Positions 37,201 to 51,219 of a stretch of DNA of 64,000 bases are shown piece by piece (the stretch's first letter is position 1; every line of letters starts with the position of its first letter). The notes beneath the pieces are model-generated. The model ran no database searches and had not been told where the DNA came from. It worked only from the letters and a program-made list of their open reading frames with translations. The stretch comes from Azolla caroliniana (lineage: Eukaryota > Plantae > Polypodiophyta). The translations under genes and the position numbers were made by a program. The stretch lies in the NCBI GenBank assembly GCA_043228905.1, contig JBHGNT010000001.1:30194001-30258000 (forward strand). Reading direction: 5' to 3'.

Positions 37201-40200
37201 GATGCAAGGCGGACATTGTATTTCCTGTGCTCTGCTACCGTTAGAGGAATCAGCAATTTGGTTGGTCTGTTCATGCATTATGTGGAGAGATATAAGAATT
37301 TTTTCTTGCTGAGAGATATTTTTATTGAATTTATGTTATAGTAGTATGTCTCTTTGATATTCAGCATCTTCAAAAATATTACAATTTATGCAGAAGTAAT
37401 CTAGTTACACTTATAATCTCTGTAATGATGAATTTAGGGAATTTGTGGTTGACGTAACTATTTAATATATTTTCCCTGACTGTATTGTTTTTTATATTAT
37501 TTAACTCATAAACAGATGGAATGGATCATGTAAGAGTTCATCCAAAGTTTTTGCATTCAAATGCTACATCACACAAGTGGGCCCTTGGAGGTACAATACC
37601 TTGATTCATTTTGAAGTTTGCAGTATAACGTTTGCCTTATAACAAAGGACATTATCACAATATTTAACTTAACAGATTAGGTGATAAGCTTAAAATTAAT
37701 GCTACATGATGTTCTGGTACAAGATTGTTATTGAATTGGTAAATTTGAGATTATCTTAATGTCATGAGTTTGACTAACATAATGATACCCCTTTAGAATA
37801 ACTCACATTTCATTTTTTCACTTTTGAAAGGTTTTTTTAACATCTATGTGTGCAAGCATACAGACTATGGGTGCATGTAAAGTAAACATGTCTGTTGTCA
37901 TCGTAAAACCTTTCCTATGTAAAGCTTTATGCTGCAAGATAATATTCTTCATTCGGAATTAGACCAGGAGATGATTCTGATGGGCTTTTTCTACAGTTAA
38001 TGCAAGCCTTGTATTTTTGCAAAATAATAAGAACTATGTATTCTACTTTTGACAGCTATAGCTGAGCTGCTCGACAATGCTATAGATGAGGTGTGGTTTT
38101 TGCAATATTACAAGACAACAAATGTTTTGACAGATCATTCACCTTTATATTGTTTATCCTGGGACATTTTGAATGTTTTGTAGGTTTCAAGTGGAGCAAC
38201 ATTTGTTAGTGTTGACAAGGTTCTGAATGAACTTGATAATACTCCTATATTGTTAGTACAGGGTATGGTTCATTTGTGCTTGTAAAATCTGTAAAGAAAT
38301 TATTGTAGCTGTTTGTGTGAAAGCAAAATTGATGCATGTGTTTTATGTTGCAGATGATGGAGGTGGAATGGACCCCGATAATATGAGACATTGCATGAGT
38401 TTAGGATATTCTCGTAAAACATCAAATATGACTATTGGGCAATGTGAGTGAGCTTAATATTACTGTTTGTCTAGAGCTTGTTCCACATTTATCTTGTACG
38501 AGTTAAGGAGATAATTTGTTTTAGTATACAAATGTTGAGTTTTTTATTTCAATTTGTAGATGGCAATGGTTTTAAGACAAGTACGATGAGATTAGGAGCA
38601 GATGTTATTGTTTTTAGCCGATGTGTGAGGGAGAGGTAATTTCTTTTTCTGTTTTAGCAAATTGTTTCCTCACTTGTTTTGGCTCTCTACCTTTATGATG
38701 TCTTTTGTTTTGTGTATTGATGTTTCTGTTTTTGTTTTGGAGTTTCAGTTCTACAACACAGAGTGTAGGTATGCTTTCTTACACATTTCTTCGAGCTACG
38801 GGCCATGAAGACATTGTGGTTCCCATGGTGACAATTCTCTCACTAGTCATTTCTGGGTGTTATATATGGGTTGGCAACGTGGAGAAATTGACTTTGGATG
38901 TTTTGAAATGTGAAGATTGATTTTGAATTAGTTGATGGGAAGCCTAAGATGCTTGTGAGGTCTACTGTGGATGATTGGTTGAATAACTTGTCAACCATCT
39001 TGCAATGGTCTCCTTATGCGACTGAAGTTGATCTTATGAAACAGGTGTATACTCAAAACATTTATTGTGCTATTTTTATGTGTTGGACATGCATAAATCA
39101 CATTTGAACGTTTGTTTTTGACATTTATTCCGTGTCTATCAGAGATTTACTTTGGTGTAAAACAAGATGCTAGGGTGAATTCAGTTATGTAGATATGCAT
39201 GCGTTTCATCTGAACATTTGTATTCATGTCTTTGTGATTCAATAATGGATGTTTGAGACAGTTGTGTAAATGTGATGTTTCTAGTGGGTGAAATGGTTTC
39301 ATGTCGATTTTGTGCAGTTTGATAACATTGGACAACGTGGAACAAAGATCATTGTCTACAATTTGTGGATGAATGATGATGGTAATTTAGAACTCGATTT
39401 CGATACTGATAAAGAGGTAATTCTATTTAAACATTTGCCTTAAATAGTAAATGATAATGGAACAACCTAACTAGCATTATAGGGCTTGTGTTGTCATTGC
39501 AGTGTGCTTGCTTTCCTGATGGAACTAAGTTTTATTTCAGGATATACAAGTAAGAGGTACATCAAAACTTGATAAAAATGACACATTGCAGAGGCAGTTA
39601 ACGAATAAACACATAGCAAATAGACTGCGTTTTTCTTTACGGGTTAGTATATAGTTTATTGTGAGGTTATCTTTCTAGATGCAGGTAGTTAATTGTTTCC
39701 TATTACTTTTCGGTTTACAGGCATATGCTTCTATTTTGTATTTGAAAATGCCCGAAAATTTCGAAATTAGATTGCGAGGGAAGGTAGTTGAACATCTTAG
39801 CATCGCAGATGATCTCAAGTTTGCAGAACGCATCTTGTATAAGCCTCAGATTGGAACCTCAAAAGATTTCGCTTATAAAGAGGTAAAGAATATGCCTTGA
39901 GCATAATAATACATAATGTTTTTGTAGATTGCTGCATGCGTGGCATTATATCAAGCTTGTAAGGCTTCAGAGGAAGTTTCTCTATTATGAAGCATCAAGC
40001 TGCTTGAATATCTTCAGCAATTGTGCCAGATGTGTTTGGTCCCTGTTAGCTGTCATAGTTTGAACCTTCTTAACAGATAGATTCCTATTTATGTAATTTT
40101 GTTAGGACATTGCATGCTGTTGAGTTCCTACTAATTTGTTGTATGAAACAGGTGTCTGTTATCACTACTATAGGTTTCGCAAAGGAGGCTCCAATGATCA

Positions 40201-42161
40201 ATGTTCATGGCTTCAATGTTTATCACAAAAATAGGCTCATCATGGTATTTACTTGCCTTGTCTGATATAAGGTTTTTGCTTTTGCTAGCATGTCTTTTAT
40301 GACATTTGGTTTTTTGTGCCTGGTTTTTAGCCATTTTGGAAAGTCTTTCAAGAAAATAGCAGCAGAGGAAGAGGCGTTGTTGGTAATTGTTAATTCCTAA
40401 CGACTGAACAAGTGCAGCTGTATCAGTCTTATGGTGTATCTGATGTTAAACTCATTAATAGGTGTTTTGGAGGCAAATTTTATGGAACCAGCACATGATA
40501 AGCAGGATTTTGAGAGGACCCCAATCCTTCAACGTTTAGAAACAAGGCTAAAGCAGATGTCCATAGAATATTGGTGTGTAATTTATTTGTCAATAACAAT
40601 AAATAGTAAAATTTCCCTGAATTAACTGGTTTGTATTGCAATTGGTTTCCCTAGAATTCAGATTTGTGTGGGTAGGTTGTCATCAGCATCTTTGTATATG
40701 TAGCCCTATATTCATGTTTTGGATTGTCCTTTTAAAGAAGATCCCAATCCTTCAACGTTTAGAAACAAGGCTAAAGCAGATGTCCATAGAATATTTGTGT
40801 GTAATTTATTTGTCAATAACAATAAATAGTAAAATTTCTCTGAGGCTTAAGTAATTGAGGGAATTCTTGATTAGAACAGGCATAATTGACAATGTTATGA
40901 TCAATTTGCAATATAAGTTTCTATCAGTTAAAGCTCATGAAAATGTTTCACAATATGCTTTAAAATGATTCATAATATGCAGGAATCTTCATTGCAATTT
41001 ACTTGGCTATCAGGTTCCCAGACAATGTAACAAACCTAGAACTTTGAGCTCTCCAAGCATGGGTAATGAAAATCCAGGTGATTCCACGTCTTTGAGTTGG
41101 AATATATATTATCAATGGCACCGTTTAATGAAAAGATTGACTATAACGATATATCTATTAAGCAGGATTAAGTAGATTGGAAGCAAATGGTGATGCAAAT
41201 ACACACAATGAAGGGGTAGGAAAACAAGGTGAAACATCAGCCCCTTCAACCCCACCTCAACCAGGGACAAATGGAGCCACTGGTCAAACTGAACAGCTAA
41301 ATGTTGAAGAGAAGACATGTACAGGAATAGGAAGTGATAAAACATCAGGATCTACTAGCAATCATCTTTCAAAGAAGAGGGCAGCAGATTCCATGGATCG
41401 ATCAGAATCTCTTAAACGCCAGAAAATAACGTCAACTGACAAGGTTCTATTTTCTTTTAATAAATAAAAAAATATAAATATATAAAATTAAAAAAACCTT
41501 TATATACCAACCATATGCAAATATAAATGATAAATATCTGTAGTTCGAGATCAATAATTAGAATGTCTGCCATCTGTTAAAAACCATTACCATCCTGAAC
41601 AATTATGCTTGATTCTCACAAATATTTGTATAAAAAGGTTTGTTTGTTTATCTTATGCCTGGCAACATGTATACATATATATACTGTGAGGTTAATGTCT
41701 GTTATTTGTTACAAACACTATCAATGTTTTAAAGGATTGTGCTTGGTCTTGGCAGCAATCAATTGTAATAGCAAGAGATGACAATTCTATGATGAACTTG
41801 GATGATATCTTAGATGAAAATCAGAAACTAAGGGCGAGGTACAATCTGGAATCAAACTGTCAGTTTGAGCTTGATGTATCACATCTTGAAATTTTGTTTG
41901 GATCTTCAGGTGTCAAGATTTTGAAGCCCGGGAGGACACCTTAAAGTCGAAGGTAAGTTGTTAAGAGCATTTTTTTCTTGCCTGAATGTATATTCCATCT
42001 GAAGTTCTGCAATGGATTATTATTAATAGGTGAGTGAATTGGAAGCGGAGTTGCAAAGGTGGAAAACGAAATGTAGATCACTGCTGGGAAGAAGTGACCG
42101 ATCAGAAGTAAGAGGACCACTAAAATCTGTAGTGATGATACCGAAAGAAGAATATCAATAG
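34295..42161 (+). CDS. MORC: MORC (Microrchidia) GHKL ATPase with S5 domain and C-terminal coiled coil, about 19 coding exons. First exons 34295-34619, 37516-37590, 38056-38090, 38184-38262, 38354-38443, 38560-38635; last exon 42030-42161
   Basis: Motifs [90 protein letters not shown] and GVLEANFMEPAHDKQDFERT. GT-AG junctions. TAG at 42159-42161. Confidence 0.95.
35297..35585. repeat. Tandem duplication, 2 x 146 bp, in a MORC intron
   Basis: AAAGAAACTATAATACATTATCTG at 35297 and 35443, with several substitutions between copies. Confidence 0.92.
40743..40843 (+). repeat. Duplicated exon fragment plus 5' splice region (copy of 40520-40620) inside the next MORC intron
   Basis: CCCAATCCTTCAACGTTTAGAAACAAGG...AAAATTTC is repeated at offset 223 and encodes PILQRLETRLKQMSIEY again. 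Confidence 0.92.
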
Positions 42162-44619
42162 TGTCTGTATTGATTCTCCACTGCCTGGATCATGTGCAGA
42201 AACTTAGTTTTGTTCTCAAAGAACTCTAGGTGAGAGCTAGTTTACTAATCCCCATCTGTACCTTCATTGAAGGCTTAGTGAATTATTCAGAGAATTCTTT
42301 TTTACATATAACCTCTTCCGCTATACATTATCATCATCCTGACCTCCACTCGAATTTGTAAATGCTATTTTGATTATCATTTCGAGTATTCCAGTAGATG
42401 CCCAAGTTGTACACTCTTATCATTAACTCTCAGGCCAATCAAGCTTTACTGCTCGTGATAAAGCTTTCTATTGTATTGTAAAGTCCTCATAAGCAAGGAA
42501 TGCCAAGTTGTTAAACCATCTTCTTTCTCAATTTCATTTTCTAATAAGTTTTTTGATTTTGTTTTCAAGTATTTTATAACCGAATCCACTTTTATCTTTT
42601 AGATTGTGGAAATTGTATTATTATAAATCGAACTCGTTAAATTATTACTCTGGTAAAGTCCAACTTAAAGTTTTGGGAAATATAGTTTTTCCAGAAGCAT
42701 TCATGAGATTGTGTATCCAATTTCAATCTCAAGAATAATATTTCTTGTCAAATTAACTTTGGTATGTGTTCCTTAAATCCATTATGATATGCTTTATTTG
42801 AATGACTTTTTTGATCCTAAGATAGTCATTGTTTTTCCTCATAGCACACCTTGGAAAGCGTTTCATTATTGTAATGCAAAATGTAATAATACAAACAGTG
42901 CTGCCATTTGGCATGTGCCATCACTTGGTTACCATATGAGCTATATGGAATGTTAAAATGATTTATCATGAATATAATGGAACGTGTTGACTATAACTCG
43001 TCGATTAAAAGCCTAAGGCATCCACGATAGAAGTCATGGGTTCAAGTGTGATTGATAGTGTATGTCTTTTTATAAGATCATTGTACCATCCCCTTGTGAT
43101 GAGTTCCATGAATCACATTGCTTGGATTATCAACATCTTAATGATGAAAATTTTCTACAAGGTTCTCCATATGTTTCAAAGATCATTAAGTGTATAACCA
43201 AACCAATTCATGAGGTGATATAGTTAGTTTACCATATCTTAGAGTTCAAAGGAGCATCAACCTTATTCTTTATTCCAGGGACAAGGTGAATTGGGCATAA
43301 ATATGTTAATGCGAAGGGATATCTAGATGAAACCCAACACAAAGATACAAGCAATGATCAATAATGGACCAATATGTCAAGGATTAACTTTTCAAATGGG
43401 TTGGTATTGTTTAGATTATGCTCAATTGGCTTGTCCTCAAATTGTTTAGATTACCCTCAATCGTTTAGATGAGTATCTACAATTGACTTGTCCATGAATC
43501 GTGCAAATAAAAAGAAATCAAGCCTTGAGCTTCTTGAAAATGAACCACCCTCAATAGTAGGATTCTTAAAGACTCCTAGATATTCAAACATTGTCTATTG
43601 CGGATGTTGACCTATGTTTGCAATTGTTTTGACTAAAGTCAATTAATCTAGGTGAGTAAACATTTTTGGCATCCTGATGCATCTGACAATGACATAGAGT
43701 CTTAAAGAATTGTGTAATGCCCATTGTTGAAAATCCATCATAGAAAATTTTTAAACAAATATGACTATATAGTGGTAAAGCTTTTGTTTTGTACCATTAA
43801 GGATGTGACTCCAAGTCTCTTGATAGAACATCCAATACACAACACATAAGAATGAAAATAACAACAATTTCATTTTCAAGGCATTGCCAACAAAACATGC
43901 GAATAGATTCATTCTAGCATAGGGGACCAAGTGATTTTTTACAAGCATGATTGAGAAAATTCATGTTTTTTACAATCACGTGAATGTGATGTGAATTAGG
44001 TTTTTCGGTTTTAGTCTCTTCCCTACTTTGATTGAGAGGAATGTGAAGATCGAACCTAAATGGGTTGTTTGGTCTCACATGATGATCTTTTCAGTTGGCA
44101 GTACAGGTATTGATCAAGGCTTTGTTCGGAATAAGCATCACCACCTTTTCATAGATCAATGTTTAGTGTCACTTGGAACACTCAACTTCAGAGAAGACTT
44201 TGTGTCTAGGGAGACTACGTTTTTTTATCAGAATGTCTTAAGACTACATCAAGCCCATTCATTTGAAAGCTCTCAGAACAGACAATTATAGGCTGGTGTT
44301 GATGGGTGGTTTTACAGCTCGGCGTCGCCAATGCTTGCATTGTGGAATATGGACGAGAATACTTCTTGGCATTTATACTACTATGGAAAACAATCATCCA
44401 TCCATCTATCCATCGAATGAAAAGGTACGATGTGGCAAAACCTAAAATACTAACAACGAACATATTCGAAACCTTTTGATAAATAATGGTCGATTTTCGT
44501 TGTTTCGAAGATTTTTTGTAATTTGTTTGTTACTCTTTAGGGGTAGGTTTGGTTTGGTTTGGTTTGGTTTGTTTGGATTTCCTCATTCTTCTTTTTACCT
44601 CCTCCTTCGAGTATACATA

Positions 44620-44662
44620 GACATATATACATATATGTATGTATATGTATATGGATATGTAC

Positions 44663-44694
<32 letters not shown>

Positions 44695-45012
44695 TATGTA
44701 TATGAATGAATTGGCACAACAAAGCTTGGAAATATTACAGTTGGTGAATTGCGGTTGGGAAACAGTGAGAAGAGCTTTGAAATTTACAAAATCACAACAC
44801 ACACACACACACACACACACACTCTCTCTCTCTCTCTCTCTTTGTGTCTCTAAAAAAAATGCTGGCTTCTACGGTCACATGAACACAGACATACACACAG
44901 ACAGACAGACAGACAGACAGACAGAGAAGACAGAGAAGAGAGGAAAAGAAGAGTAGAGAGGAGGGAATTTATTTTCAAAACTATGTAGTGCTAGCCTCTG
45001 GCATCTCCCTAA

Positions 45013-45056
<44 letters not shown>
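44620..45056. repeat. Compound microsatellite zone (AT/ATGT, AC, TC, ACAG, CT) upstream of the MPB2C-like gene
   Basis: Simple repeats visible at ~44620-44705, 44797-44840, 44896-44924 and 45017-45056. Confidence 0.9.
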
Positions 45057-45059
<3 letters not shown>

Positions 45060-45643
45060 AAATTTCTCAAAAACCCAAATTTTACCCTAACTGAAAGGAC
45101 CCCCTAATTTCCTAAGATGCGGATGAGTGCTTGCTACCTTCAGAAACACCCTAACTTCTTCTCAATTAACCCTAATTTCTGCAGAATCCTTCTCCAAATT
45201 CCTGAGAAGCCTTAATTTCTGTCCATTTTCTTGCAGGTAACTCTAATTTTCGCACAGCCCCTTCTCATTACATTCAAGAAACCTTAATTTTATGAGGCGT
45301 CTTAACTTTTCAAGTCTTCGCAAGCCCTAATTTGAATTCTCCCCAGAAAAAACCCAAATTTCCGCACAATTCACTTTGCATTTGATGTAGAAACCATAAT
45401 TTCTGCAGAACCTATCTCGCAATTCCTGAAAAACTTCCTGTTTATAATTACTCAACATATCTGTGACGGAATTTTATTAAGCTAGAGTCATCAGAGAACA
45501 AATGTGGTTTAAGATCCAGATGATTACTTACAAATTCACATGAAGCCTAACTAACTACTCAACAATCAGTACCCTCTCTCTCTCTCCGTATCATCTATTT
45601 TCTCCATTGCTAGATTTGTGTACTCCTTTGGAAGAAAGGACCC

Positions 45644-48072
45644 ATGGCCTCAACGCTGCATAGAGGGAGGGAAGGTTTCTTCTCGGCAGAGTGCAGCTAC
45701 GGAAGGAACTGGAAGGTCGATGAATTAAAAGGAAGAAGGGGTTCTTTATCATGGGTTGATGATGCTCCCTCTTCATCGACTACTACTACTGCTACTTCTT
45801 CTTCTTCTTCTTCCTCCTCGTCTTCTTCTCTTGCAAGCCCAATGCCTGTCAGTAATGGCAGCATCGATGGAACCGTAGACAAAGTTCTCTACCAAAATCT
45901 GGTAGAGATGATCCCTTTGGTGGAAACTTTCATGGTAATACTCTAATGTTTCGATTCATTGTGAAGTCTTAGGTTTAATTCTTTTCTGGTGTTACACAGT
46001 TTTTCTTTGTCTATGACATATGTGTATGTATGTATGAAGGAAGAGAAAGTTCTCAATGATCGTCACGGATACACACATTTATGTTCAATTTCCAGCTTAG
46101 GTTTATTTGTATTTCTTATATGTGTTACGATGTGTAATTGACCATATAACCAAATAGAAAGACGGTATGGTTATTGGCATTATTTGGATGATTGTTTGCA
46201 GGATCGGCGAAACAGCAAAGCTTTCACACGGCAACGTGCCTCTCTCATCTACACTCCAACCCCATCCCGTGAGTCTCTGCCACTTAAGAAGGTCAGATTC
46301 CATCTTTTCCCCAGAGTAACACAAGATGCAAACGCAAACTTATTGCTATATGATCCACGTTAGGAGTTCCCGTCTCAATAACAAATCACAAAGAAGTTTT
46401 ATGTTTTCACTCTATGATCCAAATTAGAAAGACCACAAAGTTAGTCTCAGTCTCAATTACAGCGCAATATGTGTAGATAACTGGACATAATTTGATGATA
46501 TATAATCCAAGTTAGATGAGTAGATATCAGCCATGAAAGAAGTTTAGGTAGACATTTTTCACACATTGTGACATTATATGTTTCGCAAGATGTGTAGATC
46601 TCATCCACATGAAGTTTTCAAAGACATTTTCTCACATCATTATATAGTCGTATTGTTGATATATGCTACATGTTAATGCTCTGCTTGGAAGAAATTTTCT
46701 TAGCGATGTCACAATTCAGTAATCTATGCTCCATCTATGTTAGTTATCTAGGTTTCACTCACAAAAAGACCTCAAAATTTTCACCCACATAGATTTATGG
46801 GTCGGTTATTCCCTCCAAGTGAATGGCATGTCTCAGTTAGGAATGAACAATGGCGATTTTTTTGACACTGGTTAGGAATGTATATAGTATGAGCTTCTCA
46901 CCTCACCTCACCTCACCAACTTCCATGTTTTTGCACTATTTCCACATCTTGCAAATTATCAGCAAAGTTTTGCTCTTTGTTTCCCATTTGGGGAAATATT
47001 AAAATTTCTTTGCAAGTATTGTTCACCATATTAGGATTCAATATTTAATATGACCAATTTTATACATCTAGGTGGTCACACATCATTTAGAAGGAGTGGG
47101 GGGAAGTGGACAGCATCCTAGGTGTAAAAGAGGTGGGTCGAAATGTAGTGAATTCTGGTATAGTACTGAAAACATACATTTTGGTTCCTACCCTGATAAG
47201 ATGCTGTACATGTCCAAGAATCAAGAAATTGATCCTAATGAAGTTAATATTGCTATCGTTGCACGACTACAAAGCCAAATAGAACAGTTGGAACTAATGC
47301 TTCAGGAGAAAGAGAACCAATTGTCACATGTTCTTGAGAAGAGCTCTCAACAGCATGACATTCTTTGCTTAGAAACAAGGGTGGAAGAACTGCAAAATGA
47401 GATGGTTGAGAAAAATCAAGAGCTTGAGAAAGGGATGGAGTTGTTAACGGACAAGCAGGTAATGCTAAAACATAATGCCTACAATTGCAGTGAAACTTTT
47501 ACTTGATTTCTTTAAATCGCATTCCTTCACCTCTAAGATGCTTTTTGTCTGCTCTCTGCTTTTCGTAATCCATTCTACAGAACATGATAACAAGTCTATG
47601 TTCCCGTCTAGAAGAAGCTGAAGTTGAGGTTCACGCATCAAACTTGAATGTGGAAAAGGTTAATGAAGAATTGCATAACTTGCAATGCCAAATCGCCACA
47701 TTCCTTGTCCGAATGCAAAGCATATCATTGAGTATTGACAATGAACCTCAAATTGAAGATTCAACCAATTCTACTCAAGCTAAGGTATCTTTCCATCTAT
47801 AGATATGATACTATTTTTTTCATTGTTTCTATATACTGCAATATCTCACTCTAAAGAATTTGCAGGAAAATTTGCCTTCTCAAAAAACTGACATAAAAAA
47901 AGATCAATTGCAAATGGCACTGATGAAGCGAAAATACGTCGCATCAATTATCGTGGCAAGACACAATCCAAGTGATGAGTTAATATTGCTTGTTGCAGAG
48001 CTCAGAGGACAGTTGCATTCTTATTTGATAAAGACAGATATGATTGGTCATTTACAGGCAATTGACTTCTGA
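45644..48072 (+). CDS. Microtubule-binding protein 2C (MPB2C)-like coiled-coil protein. Exons 45644-45934, 46202-46291, 47072-47458, 47581-47784, 47866-48072
   Basis: DKVLYQNLVEMIPLVETFM|DRRNSKAFTRQRASLIYTPTPSRESL resembles the conserved MPB2C N-terminal block. A long E/Q/L/K coiled coil follows, then C-terminal KRKYVASIIVARHNPSDELILLVAELRGQL. GT-AG junctions keep frame. Confidence 0.82.
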
Positions 48073-49279
48073 ATATATCACAATACCTTATGGTTTTTGT
48101 GTTGTTCCTCCACAGATGATGACAGTACGCATAGAATTACCTTGCGACTGACTTTCCTGGGGAGAGGATGGTGGTCATCACATGAACTAAATTCTATTCA
48201 ATTTCAATCAAATTGATTGCCTTGCATATATAGAAAGATTGATTAACCATGTACTTTGGTTCCAATCAAATCTATATACAACTTTGCTTTTTTTATTGAG
48301 CGCTGTTCAATGTACAATACTATATTCCACTTGAATCCTTGGAGACATCTCTCCACTTAATGTAACTGAGGAGAAACTTTTGGTCCTTGTTTATATATAT
48401 GCACACGTAACACATTTATGCACCTGAAAATGCTCAACTATGTGATTATAAATATAAGTCTCATGCTTGAAAAAATGATCATGACTGACAGAACGCTCAA
48501 TATCATGCTTTAGAAAAACATCTTAATTTAGATAAATATTTAGTAAAAGAATTTATGATCAGCATTTGAGCTTTGTCTGCCGCAAAATCATCCTAATTTC
48601 TTATTACCAAGACATACCACTGAGCTCCACCCTGTGTAGTTATAAAGTAAATAACTGTTCTCTTGCAATCTATTTGGACGTCAGGTGCCTGTGCTTTTTG
48701 TTTTTGTTGACAACGTGCCAGGGGTTTGGAAACGTGCACTCATTTCTGGGAACAAACAAATCACAGGATGAAAGAATGATACTCTCTTGTTGAATTCCGA
48801 GTCCAAATCAAGGCAAGTGTGCATAGAAATAATAGAGGAACATTATTCAAGAATACTATTGTTTAGAAACATTTAGTAAAACAATTGAAACCTAGAATTG
48901 TAAATGTCACATTGAATAATATGATTAGGAAGTTACATTTCTAGATTTGGCTTGTCACACAGAAATATTTATGAAAGACAGACACACAAGCCTCCAGTCT
49001 CGTGGAATAACAACCTACAATCCATGGAATTATGAATATGATTACCTGAAGTTATGCAACAAAATTTCAATTAAGGGCAAGAACGTCAGATATGCAAGCA
49101 AGAAGCACTGAATATGATTACATGACATTATGGACTTACTACAAATATTTGAGCTCCATTTTGAACAAAAATACCACATGTATGGCCTAATATTGTATAT
49201 ATGCTTGGAATAGATTTGTTGGAGAAACCAATTATTGAAATGCGCAAGCTTTTATTAGGTTCAAAAGTAGCGGCGTCAT

Positions 49280-51219
49280 TTAGAGTCGACCGACTCGAAC
49301 AAACACGGGCCATGTGACGGTGCGCACCTCATCACCCCACGCAGTTCTAAACGCCTTCTCCCTCCCCTCATCCAAGATCTCTACACCTTGTTTCCTCGCG
49401 ATTTGCAATGCTGACCAAGATGTCAAGTATGTCAAGAAAGCATCAACACTCATCTCCTTCTTGCATTCGAACTTTACAGGTCCTGTCCCTTCTTCCTCCG
49501 AAACGGGGTTGAAAGGAAAAGGAAGATTCCTATACTCATCATCGACGATGTGCCTCACCGAATCCCAGAAAGGTGTTGAACATCTATAGAAATCCCAGAA
49601 AACCTCATCTACTTGAGGATTAACACAAGGCTCTGTGTAGCACCACACAGCAATGATACCGCCAGGATTTCTAAGCATATGCTTGGCTTGAGCATAGAAC
49701 GAGGGAAGATCAAACCAATGTAGTGCTTGGGCAACAGTAATGATGTCAATGGAACCAGGAGGGCCTATGATTCTTTCAATGTCATTTTCTGGGATGGGTG
49801 CAGGTGCATGTGCATATGTAACATTTGGGTGAGTTCGGGCATGTTTGAGCTGCGCCTCACTAATGTCTGTCGCTATTACTTCCTTGTAGTGATTGGCGAG
49901 CTACAAAAATGAAGTTGGAAAACCTAATAAGATTTAGAAGAATGCAATAAAATCCAGAAGAAAGAACCCTAAAAAAATAATCAGGAGATGCAATGAAAAC
50001 AAACCTAGAAATAGGAGCATTATAAGATTCAAGAAAAGGTCAAGCAAAAATCATTAACACAATTGCAGATGGCACAAAAAACTGCAGAAAGATAACTCGA
50101 GGATCATAAGATGGAGAAATGGTCAGAAGAAAATTTAAATGCCTAAAGCAATTATCAGAAAAAATAAGCTTTGAAGAGTAGTGACAGAGAACCCCAACAC
50201 AGAGCTTTTGGTTGAGATTTTCTATAACCTAGTTAACTTTACACAAAAGCTAAAACGAAACCTCAAATGCTTTAATCCTTTGGAGGGTGCGCTGCAAAAA
50301 ATGCCAGAAAGTGTCTAGTCCGTCTAACAAGATAGCATAAGCAAATCGATTTCTAAAATACAAAATAACAACATTTCCCTTCTATGTAGTGGGCTAGGCC
50401 CCCCCTCAAAAAAAGCATCAGAAGATTAAAGGAAGATGGTTTATACTGATGTATGGCTTTATACAGATGTATGGTTTTATACAGGATTTCTAGAATTTAA
50501 CCAGTCTTAACAAGAGAGCGGAAAACCTTTTTGACGATGTGGTACTGGTGAGGAATCCTAAATCCACCTGGTTTTAGAAGATAACATAACTGGTTATGAT
50601 GACTCATACATGGACCAGAATTTTGTTCCCAAAGTAAACATGCATCCAAGTTAGTTGAAAGGCCTAATATTTACTAATATGTATATAAAATAAACACAAG
50701 TTATGTTCACAATCATTCTCAGCATCACCATTATCAGAAAATCCAGAGGAAAGAACCCTAACAGACTTAATATACAAGATCAGAATGAACCCTAGCAGCA
50801 TTAGAAGGAAGCAAATTCAAAGCAAATTAAAAGTATGAGTGCTAAAAGGAGCCCTCAAAAGCATCAAGACAAAGGAATCAACATAGTGAAACTCTTAAAA
50901 GCATCAGAAGAAGAAACTAACTAATCCGGAAGACATCGAAAGAAGCGAGAGTATTAAATTTTTATTATTTAAAAACACCATTTTTTCAGAAGGGGGGGGG
51001 GGGGGGGGGGGGGGGGATTTCCTTCCTTTTTCTTAATTTACGGAAAATGAAATAGAAGGAAATAAATACCTCGACTGCAGCTTGGCCGTTGCCAGTGGCG
51101 ACATCCCAAGCTCTGTGGTGATGGGCGGTGAGGGAAGAGAGGAAGGAGAAGAGAGATGGAGGGTAATGGGGCCTGGCTTCCGCATACGATTGGGCTTGAA
51201 TGTCGAACCGGCCGGCCAT
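49280..51219 (-). CDS. SAM-dependent methyltransferase (Methyltransf_11, embryo-abundant-protein type). Exons 51219-51070 and 49900-49280
   Basis: [20 protein letters not shown]...[14 protein letters not shown]|[18 protein letters not shown]...[18 protein letters not shown]...[10 protein letters not shown]...YLTSWSA. SAM motif I and the family AQAxHWF motif are present. Confidence 0.93.

Noticed and set aside
42900-44460. A gene or identifiable TE between MORC and the MPB2C-like gene (likewise 20500-21560 and 8780-9900)
   Set aside because: Only short ORFs, with no motif or consistent splice structure that I could recognise. Probably old repeat debris, but I cannot support a call.
44476-44956. 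Short ORFs rich in YI, HT, SL or RE repeats (also at 28381-28870, 56095-56325 and 57037-57334)
   Set aside because: They are translations of microsatellites.
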